From the human T2T-CHM13v2.0 reference genome, Homo sapiens: DNA of 64,000 nucleotides. The notes below the pieces were generated by a model that was not told where the DNA came from, did not search any database, and worked only from the letters and a program-made list of their open reading frames with translations. The position numbers were made by a program, and so were the translations under genes. The stretch is taken from the NCBI RefSeq assembly GCF_009914755.1, contig NC_060929.1. The stretch is one strand, 5' to 3'. Shown in pieces: positions 1-11,673 of this stretch (positions are counted from its first letter, which is position 1; every line of letters starts with the position of its first letter).

Positions 1-514
1 TCTGCATCTACTTGCAAAATAACAGCAAGCTGACCCAGCTTCCATGATGCATGATGATGCTGGCAACATGGCACAGATTTAAACGTGGGCCATGGGGGTG
101 TTGCCTTGCTTAGGTGAGCAGCTTAGTTTGTCAAAATCTCAATGGACTCAACTAGATAATGACATGTTTTAAGGATTAAGACTAATAAAATAATATAATA
201 CACACAAAGCCTCCAGACATTACCTAAGATACACAGTGATGACCACTCAATGGCAGCTATTATTATTAGACATTGAGTACTACTCTTGTCCCTGACACAC
301 ATAAGGAACAGTGGTGAAATCCAAAGCCATTAAATAATGCAAAGCAATTAAGGTGGCCAGCCAATGAAATGTGCTGACATCTGTAAAAATTGCATCCCAC
401 AGCCTTACTGGACACACATGCAAGATTCTTGAGGACATGGCTGACACTGTCTCCACAGTGCTGATGAGACTTGCTCCACAGTTCCAAAGGGCTGATGAGA
501 CTTGCATGCCAGCA

Positions 515-3500
515 GAAGGGGTGGAGCAAGATGGCAGAAAAGAAGACCCTACCAATCATTCTCCCACTCCAGGAATACCAAATGCAACAACTATACACAC
601 ACAAAAAAAGCACCTTTATAAGAACCAAAAATCAGGTGAGCACTCACAATACCTGCTGTTAAGTTCATATCGCTGATAGAGGCACTGATGATGGTAGAAA
701 AGACAGTGTTTACTTGCCCATGCCACCCCTTCCCTGTCCCTCAGCAGTAGTCCTGTGGCACAGAGAGAGACAGTCTGTGTGTTTGGGAAAGGGAGAGCAC
801 AGGGAATGTGAGAGTTTTCATTGAACTCAGTGCTGTGTTGTCACAGTGTGAAGCAAAACTGTGTTGAATTCAGCTGACACCCACCCATGGAGAGAACATT
901 CTGGCCAGCCCTACCCAGAGGGAAATCACTCATCCCAGTGGTGGGAACTTGAGTCCAGCAAGCTTTACCAGTGTGGACTGAAGGGTTCTGGGGCCCTAAA
1001 TAACCTTCAAAGGCAGTCTAAACCACAAGCAATGTAAGACCTAGCGCTGAGCTGGGCTCAGAGCCGGTGGACTTGTAGGCATAAAACTTACTGAGACACC
1101 AGCTGGGTCAGCTAAGAGAGTGCTTTTGCCACCGTTCCTTCAACTTCAGGCAACATAGCTCATGGTTCCAAAAGACTCCTTCCTTCCACTTGGGGAGAGG
1201 AAATGGAAGAGTAAAGAGGACTTTGTCTTGCCTCTTGGGTACCAGCTCAGCCACAATAGTATAAGGCACCAATCGGAGTTGGGAGGCCCCCATTCCAGGC
1301 CCTAGCTCCTGGGTGACATTTCTAGACACACCCTGGGCCAGAAGGGAACCTGCTCCTTTGAAGAGAAGGAACTTGTCCTGGCATAATTTATTACTTTGCT
1401 AACTAAAGAGACATTGGGCCCTGAATAACCAGCAGTGGTAACCAGGTACTACATGCTCTGGTTCTTGCATGAAACTCTGAGACTTCCTGGTTTCAGTGAG
1501 ACCCAGAACATTCCCAGCTGTGGTGGTTACAGTGAAAGACTCCTTCTGCTTGATAAAAGTGGAGCGAAAAGTAAAAGGGATTTTGTCTCGCACCTTAGAG
1601 GCCAGCTTAGCCACAGTGGGGGTAGAGCACCAAGCAGGATCTTGGGGTCTAAAAATCCAGGCCTTAGCTATTGGATGGCATTACTAGACCTACCCTGGGC
1701 GAGAGAGGGGCCCATTGCCCTGAAGGATGAGTTCTAGGCCTGGTGGCATTCAACACAAGCTGACTAAAAAGTCCTTGGGCCTTAAGTAAATGTTGGCAGT
1801 GGCCTGGCAGTATTTTCATGGGCTTGTGGTACTGGTTGCCATGAGGTAAGTCTCCTCTGCCTATGGAAAGAAGAAGAAGGACTACGTCTTGTGATTTGAG
1901 GGTCAGCTCAGCCACAGTAGATTAAAACACTAGATAGATTTCTAAGGTTTTTGACTCCAGCCTCTATCTCCCAGACAGCATCTCTGCACCTGTCCAGGGC
2001 CTGGGGAAACTAGCTGTCCTGAAGGGAAGAACTCAAGCCTGGCTGGCCTCCCCACCTGCTCATTATAGAGCTCTAGGGCCTTCAGTGAATGTAGGCACTA
2101 GCCAGGCAGTGGTTACAGCAGGTGTTGGGTGAGATCCAATACTACTCTGGCTTCAGGTCTGAACCAGCGCAGTCCCAGTGGTGGCGGCCATAGGGTTACT
2201 TGTGTTACCACAGCCACAGCCCCAGGCAGCTCAGCACAGACAGAGAGACTCCATTTTTTTTAGACAATAAAGGAAGGGAACAAGAGTCTCTGCCTGGTGA
2301 TCCAGGTAATTCTTCCAGATCTTATCCAAGACTGCTAAGGCAATATCTCTACAAGTCTGCAAGAACCACAGCGTTGCAGGAATTGGGTGCGTCCTAATGC
2401 GGATATGGCTTGGATCACAACACTGAAGTCCTTAAATTTACCTGAAAAGCTCTCTTGAGAAGGACAGGCTCAAAACAGCCCAGACTGTGAAGACTACAAA
2501 AAATACTTAACTCTTCATTGTCCAGAAACAATGTTCAAGATCAACAAAGTTCAAGATCATCCAAAAAAATATGCCCTCACCAAGCTAGCTAAATAAAGCA
2601 CCAGGGAACAATTCTGGAAAATCAGAGATATGTGGCCTTTCAGACAGAGAATTTAAAATAGCTTTTTGAAGAAACTCAAAGAAATTCAGAATATCACAGA
2701 GAAGGAATTCAGAACTCTATCAGATAACCTTAACAAAATGATTAAAATAATTTAAAAGAATCAAACAAATTCTGGAGATGAAAAATGCAATTGACACACT
2801 GAAGAATGCATCGGAGTCTCTAAATAGCAGAACTGATCAAGCAAAAGAAAGAAATAGTGAGCTTGAAAACAGACTATTTGAAAATACACAGTCAGAGGAG
2901 ACAAAATAAAAGAATAGAAAAGAATGAAGCATGCTTACAAGATTTGAAAATAGCTTCAAAAGTGCAAATCTAAGAGGTATTAGCCCTAAAGAGGAGGTAG
3001 AGAAAGAGATAGGGGTAGACATTTTATTCAAAGGGAGAATAACAGAACTTCCCAAACCTGGAGAAAGATATCAATAACCAAATACAAGAAGGTTATAGAA
3101 CGCCAAGCAGATTTAACCAAGAGATGACTACTTCAAGGCATTCAAAAATCAAACTCCCAAAGGTCAAGGATAAAGATAGTGATATGGTTCCCATCTGTGT
3201 CCCCACCTAAATCTCACGTTGAAACGTAATACCCAGTACTGGAAGGGTGGCCTGGTGGGAGGTGATTGGATCATGGGGTTGGAGTTCTGATGAATGGTCT
3301 AGTACTATTCCCTTGGTACTATGTCACAACAGTGAGTAAGTTCTTGTGAGATCTGGTTGTTTAACAATGTGTAGCATCTTCCCCATCTCTCTCTTCCTTC
3401 TGATCCAGCCATGTGAAGTTCCCTATTCCCCAATTTGCCTTCTGCCATGACTGGAAGCTTCCTGAGGCCTCCCCAGAAGCAGAAGCTGCCATGCTGTCTG

Positions 3501-5135
3501 CGTCGCCTGCAGAACCATGAGCCAATTCATCATCTTTTCTTTATAAATTGTCCAGTCTCAGGTATTCCTTTATAATAGTGCAACAACAGACTAATATGGA
3601 AAGGATCCTAAAAGCAGTGAGAAAAAAATAAACAAATAATATCCAATGGAGCTTCAATATGTCTGGCAACAGACTTTTCAGTGGAAATCTTATAGGTGGG
3701 GAGAGAGTGGCACAACATTAATTTAAAGTGCTGAAGAAAAAAAAAAAAGCTTTTACCCTAGAATAGTATATCCTGTGAAAATATCCTTCAAACATGAAGT
3801 GGAAATGAAGACTTTCCTAGACAAACTAAAGCTGGGAGATTTCATCAACACCAGAACTGTCCTACAAGAAATGCTAAAGAGAGTACTTCAATCAGAAAGA
3901 AAAGGATGTTAAAGAGCAATGAGACATCGTCTGAAGGTACAAGCATCACTGGCAGTAGGAAGTACACAGAAAAAGACAAAATATTATAACACTGTAACTG
4001 TGCTCTGTAAAATACCCTTATCTAAAGTAGAAAAAAAACTAAAAGATAAACCAATAAAAAAAAACTACAGCAAATTTTCAAGACATAGACAGTACAATAA
4101 GTTATAAATAGAAAAAACAAAAAGTTAAGTTGTGGGGAGACAACAGTATGGTTTTTATTAGTTTTCTTCTTGCTTGTTAGTTTGTTTGTGCAAGTAGTGT
4201 TAACTTGTTATCAGCTTAAAATAATGGGTTATAAGACAGTAATTGCAAGCCTCATGTTAACTTCAAATTAAAAAAAATAAAATGGATACATGAAAAATAA
4301 AAAGCGGGAAATTAAATCATACCACCAGAGAAAATCACTTTCACTAAAAAGAAGACAAAGGAAGGAAAGAAGGAAGAGAAGCCCACAAAACAACCAGAAA
4401 ACAAGCAACAAAATGACAGGAGTAAATCCTCACTTACCAATAATAATGTTGAATGTAAATAAACTAAACTCTGCAATAAGAAGACATAGAGAGGCTAAAT
4501 TGACAAAAAAAAAAAAGATCTGATTATCTGTTGGCTACAGAAAACACACCTCACCTATAAAGACACACATAGAAAGGAAATAAAGGATGGAAAAAGATAT
4601 CCCATATCAATGGAAACTAAAAAAGAGCCAAAACAGCTATACGTACATCAGACAAAATAAATTTCGAGACAAAAACCTATAAAAGATTTTTTAAAAAGTC
4701 ATTATATAATAATAAAGGGGTCAACTTAATAAGAGGATATAACAAATGCAAATATATATGCACCCAACATTGGAGCACCCAGATGTATAAAGAAAATATT
4801 ATGAAAGAGAGAGATTGACCCCAACACAATAACAGCTGAAGACTTCAACACCCCACTTTTAGCACTAGACAGATCTTTCAGACAGAAAATCAACAACACA
4901 AAAGGGTGACTATAGTAAAAATATAATTTAATTGTACTTTTAAAAATAACTAAGAGAGTATAATTGAATTGTCTTTAACACAAAGGATAAACGTTTGAGT
5001 GGCGGACACCACATTTATCGTGATGTGATTATTACTCATTGTATGCATGTATCAAATTATCTCATATAACCCATAAATATAGACATCTACTGTCTACCCA
5101 CAAAAAATAAAAACAAAACGTTAATTTAAAAAGAA
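515..5135 (+). mobile_element. Old LINE-1 (L1MA-type): 5'UTR, decayed ORF1, start of ORF2, large internal deletion, terminal 3'UTR and A-rich tail
   Basis: Starts GGGGTGGAGCAAGATGGC like an L1 5' end. ORF1-like sequence with stops at ~2560-3910. ORF2 start ATGACAGGAGTAAATCCTCAC (MTGVNPHLPIIMLNVN, endonuclease N-terminus) at ~4413. Switches at ~4897 to L1MA 3'UTR (AGGGTGACTATAGT...ACCCACAAAAAATAAAA). Degenerate TSD AGACTTGCATG (498-508) / AGAGTTGCATG (5136-5146). Confidence 0.88.
3180..3598 (+). mobile_element. MaLR solo LTR (MSTB/MSTA-like) inserted in L1 ORF1
   Basis: TGATATGGTT...CAGACTAATATG termini with typical MST motifs (GGAGGTGATTGGATCATGGGG; CTTCCTGAGGCCTCCCCAGAAGCAGAAG). 5-bp TSD GATAG/GAAAG. 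The L1 sequence resumes contiguously on both sides. Confidence 0.9.
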
Positions 5136-5146
5136 AGAGTTGCATG

Positions 5147-5638
5147 GTGGGTTCTGGTCAGAAATATAGTTATAATTAAGCTTTAAAGAGGCTACACTTT
5201 TACCCTCTTTCTTGTTGCTAAAAGTCACAAAGCACTAGATACCCACCATTTGGATCCCCTATAGAAAGGATCTCTGACGTTAGAATCATAAGGCTTTTGT
5301 TTAAGGATCATCTAAGCTGTGTTTCTGACCTGAAATTCCAGCAACCAGTTTGCAGAGCCCCCACCGAAGAATGGGATCAGAATGAGTAGGCAACTAAATT
5401 CTCTCCTTGTCCCACGATTTCGTCCTGCACTCTTCAACCAGTCAACATCTCTACACTCTGGCGCACTTCAAAACCCCTAAGCCCCCTAACTCCACATTCC
5501 TTGGGGAGATGAATTTGGAGTTTCCTCTCATTTCATCCTTTGGTGGCCCTATGATTAAACCTCTTTCTCTGCTGCAACCTGATGTCTCAGCGTACTGACT
5601 TGCTGTGTGTATGGGGCAAGCAATCTAACACAGTTACA
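5147..5638 (+). mobile_element. ERV1-class (MER4-group, MER39/MER34-like) LTR, 3' portion
   Basis: ATTAAACCTCTTTCTCTGCTGCAA polyA-signal region and terminal CAGTTACA resemble MER4-group LTRs. No TG start is visible at the left boundary. Exact subfamily uncertain. Confidence 0.65.
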
Positions 5639-8600
5639 GCGCCTTGATTTATTTTTAGTAAGTCTGTACTTAACTAAAGGTTAAACAAATCAGTGGACAG
5701 ATATTGTTGCTCCATAGGTTCTGAATCTGTAACTTGGAGATAGACCATCAAAACATTTTAGAACTGGAATTTTCTCTCTCACCGTAACACTTTCTTTGCT
5801 GCACTGTTATAGAGTTTAGAAGATTAGTTCTATTGTTTTGGAGAATTATCCCCAGTTTCTTGAAATTTTTGTGTAGAATAGCATGATAGGAGTGAACACT
5901 TGAAGATACTCATGTCACACTATGTTGGTTACAGAGCACATTAGACTCCTTCTGAAATCAGAAAATGACTCAAAAAAAATTAATCTAAGCCTTTTTTTTT
6001 TTGCCAGTCCATTCTAAATTTTGAAAAGTGTCTGGCAGTATCCTTGAAAAATTTGCATAAATCCTGAATGCTTGTCTGCCTGATACTAGTAACTGAACGT
6101 GATCGTGAATGGCCACGATATTAAACGTCAAATATCAGGGTTAATTATGAGAAATCTGACAAAACCCTAAACTGTGTGTGGAGAGGGGAGGGAAGACACT
6201 GTCTTTTCTGACATTATAACGGTTCCAAAGCCTTTACACTGTCAATCAAAGGAGCTCCGAATGGCCTGGAATTCATTTGCTGTTAGCTGCTGTGCTGTGG
6301 GAAGCAGCTACAGGACACACTGTTTTCAAATGTAAATATCGCTGGCATTTCAAAGATGTCATAGTTTTGTTTTGTTTTTTCCTCCCATCTTAATATATTG
6401 AAAAGTACCAATATCTGCTGTTACAATGGGTTCTATCATCTAGTTTTGTTAAATACTGTGATCATGGTAAAATAATGAAGGGTGTGCTAAGGTATGGATT
6501 TCAGCTGTGGCCTATAAACCCAGGCCATTAGCATATGCCAAGTGTGTCATGTGCCATACTCGATGTCAAGGCACCTGGGCTCAGGTCTCCCTTAATGCAA
6601 GCCATGATGATACATATGGAGTTAGTCACTCTTCCACTATTTTTTGCTTCCAAAAATAGCCTCAGCATCGTACATCCTAGCTGTGAGACTTCTCAGGATT
6701 GTTTTGCAAAGAAAATGGCTATTTTTTGTATAGAAGTGCCAATCAAGGAGACAGCCTTCAACCTTATGTAACTAGCCAATGCACTCCAGAAATCAGACTT
6801 CCCTGGGATTGTTTCAGTAAACACAGGAAAGCTAGAAATTATGTCTACTTTTTAAAGCAGTTTAAAGCAAGTATGAGATGTCAAATACCACTCCTGGGAT
6901 ATGCAGCCTTATGTCCAACATACGTTCTTATGGCAATTAATTTATGTAATTTCAAGAGTGGATTATTCCTCTCTGATGATCCTACAACTTCAGTAAAAAG
7001 CTTCAAAATGGCCACTTTTAAAGCAGGATGGAGCATTCATTTTCTGGGCATCCTAGTGGTCTTTGTGCTAGCTGCAGGGTTGGCTTAACCTGCCACCCCT
7101 AGGAAAAGGTGAATCCAGAGAGAATCAAGAGGGGTTTTTAAAGCATTGCATGTGAATGTAATCATAAAGTAGTCACCTTCGAATGTGTGGAGAGTCCCTA
7201 AAATAAGAAAATCACAGTGCAACCAGACTACCATCTTACACATCTCAACAACCTCATGGATCCTCGGGTTTAGTTGGTGACCAAAAATTCACATCTCACA
7301 CTTCTAAAGAGATGCCAGAGAGGAGACTGGGAGGAAGGCAGCCCTGCATTCCGGGGTGGCTGACATCCCATCAGCGACTGTGACAAGCTGTACCTTGTTC
7401 CTGTTCCTACATCCAGGTTTCAGCAGGTGCAGGGCTCTGCAGACAGGCAACCGCAGCTTCCTGCCCTCTCTTCAAGTTCTAGAGGAGCAGAGGCCTTGTC
7501 CCCAGCCTCACCATTTGGCCCTCCCATGTCTGTCCCTTCTTTCTCTGCTCTTCTCTTTCCTTGCAACATTTCATTGCAAACGCATCTCTTAGTGGAAGGA
7601 AATAAAGATTAACAGTGAGTGCATCTTCAACCCCGCCATTTAATTTATTTGCATTCTCTGTATAATTGATCCTGACTGGCTCAATTCCATAAGGAGGGAT
7701 AAATACAGCTTACAAGATGAAGAGAATGTCTTGAGACACCAGGTTGAAGTAATACTGTGAACAGGACTTTATTGACAATGCTTACCGGAGGGAGTGTCAA
7801 AGACATTCAACATTAGTGTCCCAATTGTTCATCTGAAGACCAATCACAGAAAACTCTGGAATCTTTTAGAGGGGGAATTTAATTAGCAGCACTTGAGATA
7901 TTATTCAGGCCTTTAACACCTGAAAGTTTGTACCATTTTAATACAAGAGCTACCCTCTTTCAATGAGGCTATTCCCTTGTGACCCAAGAAATGCATTTCT
8001 TCTACTGTAAGATTAGGTGAGTCTTTAGAGAAATAACGGTCTAACCACGGCAGTAAATCCCCAGGCCTGCCTGGCTTCTTGAGGTCTTGTCATTCATGTC
8101 TGTCAAATGAGGTTGCCTTAGGTCAGGCCTCTGTCGATATGGAAGTCCAAACTGTCCACTCAAAAACAAATGTCATAATACAAAATAAAAGCAGTTACTT
8201 CATTTTGTATAAAGCTTTTAAACTTGAAGACTGGAGAATGTGTTTTATTAGCTTATTACCCACCTGCCACTTCAGACTGTATAACACCCTTTGCTGGAGA
8301 GAGCAATTAAACTGAAAGTTCTCGAAGGATCACTTTAAGAAATGAATGTTCCAATGCAGGGAAGTGAGGAATATATAAATAGATGCTGCCTAGACATATG
8401 GCCGCATGTATGTTTGCCTGTGTATCCCTGTTTCTTAATGCATAGATATGTGCAGATTTATACACACACACATTTTTAAATGAAATGACGTGAAGTTGAT
8501 CTCGAGATCAATAGGTACATTTCATTCTGTGAACTACTGAGCCAAATGCAGGAATGCAATATTAGCTCTTAAACGTTAAGGTTGATTTATTAGTCTCTTT

Positions 8601-8777
8601 ATAAGCAACCATGCTAATCTTGCACTTTATTCCAGTGCTCCATTTAATGTTAGTGAGTTTCAAAGTATAGAAGTGAACTGGCCTTTCTTTGGGAGGAGTT
8701 TGTTCTTGGCCAGGATACACGCACCCACCAGTCAGTCAGGGTGAAGACTAAAAAGTGACACTCTCTTTGTCCACTTA

Positions 8778-9141
<364 letters not shown>

Positions 9142-9680
9142 TCATGAATTTCTCTGCAATTTCGCCATACTTTAAGTAGAAGTTTTGGAGAAAAGAAAGG
9201 AAAATAGATTTACTCTGTGCCATAGTTGAGTCTGGCTTTCCACCTATTACTTTGTGTGAGTAATGAGTGGCCCTTTTCTGTCTTCCGTGGAATTAAGGAG
9301 ACAATGAAGACCATGGGAAGCACCAGCTCCTCCCTCTACCTGAGCCAAAGTTCACCTTTCTCTTTCAGCCAATTATTACAGAAAGGAGTGTTTATAAAAC
9401 AGCTGTAATCTCAATCCCATCCCCTTACTCCAAGGGACATTTCTAACAATAATTGCATATCTGAGAAGAACATTCTGCTCTCAGAAGTTGCATGTATTTT
9501 TACCATAAAATGTTTTAAATCAGGAAAATGCTAAAATATAAGTGATTTTGTGTTTTTAATGTAATTTTCTTTCTCAGTTCATCTTAATAAATCAATAGCC
9601 ATCTTTCAAAACCCTGCCCATTAAAATTGGAATTTCATTTATTTTCCTAGTGTTTCGGAGTCATTTTGTTTTGTGGGATC

Positions 9681-10615
9681 TGTAAACTAAAAATAAAATC
9701 CTAAGCCCCACAATCCCCCCCGCCAACTGAGGAGAACCCCACTAGGCCAGGGCAACTCCAGAAAAACCTTACAACTTTGTTTCTGCCATGACAGGATGGG
9801 AGGTCAGACACACATTGTTATACCCCCTACCTTGTATGGTTTTGACACAACAACTGACCATCATTAATGTTAAAACTGAGATCCTCAGACTGACAGAGCA
9901 GACTCTTTGCAGCAATAAGATACCAAATTATCAGCAGGACTTAAGGCCATGCCAGGCAAGGGTTAAGTTTTGCAGGCCTACCCTTGAAGAATAAATGTTG
10001 CTCTAATGGCCCAAGTTTTTCTTTTTCTCTAGCAGCTAAACAAGAACTAGCCTTGGGATTAGCAAGATTAAAACAATTTGCAGCTCCACCCGACACTGAC
10101 TGACTGACCCCTTGCCCCTGCTCCACCAGCCATTAACTGCAGCATTCACTGGACAAGAGACTGATTTCAATAACTTCCTCCTGATAAGAAGACCACTGGC
10201 CAGGGACTGGTTCTGGCCCATTTACAGAGATTGAGCACTTGCGTGCCTTCATGTCCTGAATAGACCTTTTGATGTGTAGGGCCTAACTGTAATATATTTA
10301 AATGTTACTTCTCCACCCGAAGTGAACATGACTCATAATGTTACATGCATGTTTGCTCAACACATATGTGTCAGGACTTCCTTCATGAATATTCATAGCT
10401 CCTCCTGTCACCTGTTAAATATGAATGTTTAGCCAACCTATTCAGCATAAAGCTTCTACCCCAGCCTCTACTCCTTCCACATGCCTGTGTCTGGTTGTGA
10501 CCGGAGGCTGTGCTTCCCAGCCCATGGGAGGGCCACCTTGCGGACTGTAACCCTTCACTCAAATAAAGCCTCCCCTACTTTTCTTCTTAATTTATACATT
10601 TGTTTTAAGTTAACA
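9681..10615 (+). mobile_element. ERV1 solo LTR, MER4 family
   Basis: TGTAAACTAAAAATAAAATCCTAAGCCCC start typical of MER4; ends AGTTAACA; AATAAA at ~10562; 4-bp TSD GATC/AATC; ~935 bp. Confidence 0.85.
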
Positions 10616-11673
10616 AATCAACACATATTGTAAACAATCTCTTCCAACCAGAATTTCTGAATTTTTTTTATATACATTGTTTTGTTATTTTATTTCATTA
10701 GCTAATAATAACTTTGGGGAAATTTCTCTTTGTAGTAACCATTTTAACTATGGAAAAAATGAATAATTAAAAAACAGGTGGTGCCGCTTTTCTGACAAAC
10801 CCTACGTAAAATATGTACATATATTATTGAGTTAAGTGAAACTGGCTAAAGACAGAAATTTGAGTACCTTCTTTAGTTGTTTCATTTGTATTTAATAAGG
10901 GGTAGCTTTTTATCCATTGCTTTTGGCATGAGAGGGAGAAAAAGGAAGAGGAGGATAATGAGTAGGAGGAGGAGGTACGTGGAGAGAAGAGGGAGGTAAA
11001 TGAGTGAGAAGCAATTGAACAGTTGTCAGTGGAAGAGCTTTGCTTTGCTTTTTGGACACTCAGAAAGGAGTAAAAACTAATCATGACCATTTCACTCCCA
11101 TCAGAATCACTCAAGTTGCTTAGAGAATCAAAGATTCCTAGAACAAAGGCAACTTTGCACAAATTTCTTTACAGTAAATTTCTTTGGCTCTGGCTACAAG
11201 CTGTGCAGACCTACAAATGCATTAGGTTTAGTGGGAGAGACAGCTCCAGTGAATACGAGTAAGGTGACCTGTGGGAATTTGGCACCCTTTCCATGGTGCC
11301 AGAGACTGGAATATGTTGATAAGAGAAACAGTATATTAGCCTGTGCTTGCTATGCCAGGTCTCCATGCAAACACTGTGTGTACTCTTGGCCTCTTGGAAT
11401 GGGAAATGCCTTCCACAAGGACACTGTGGATACTGAAGTATGAAACTACTACAGTTGAATGTCACTGCAAAGGTTAAGAAACTTCTCAGACAGAAAGGTT
11501 CATGGAATACATTCATAATTTCCCCTTGTCCTTCTCCTCTTCCTCCTCCACGTTCTTCTTATAAACCCATTTTGAAAAACAAAAGATAAAAATGGGTGGG
11601 AGAATGAACAATGTCAGTCAAAATACCTTTATTTCTCTCTGAGGAAGGGGAAGATTGGTTTGGTTTCTGCTTT

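Noticed and set aside
4890-4905. L1 internal junction as a spliced retrocopy
   Set aside because: From my recollection of the L1 consensus, the missing segment would start AGAAAC rather than GT, so deletion fits better than splicing.
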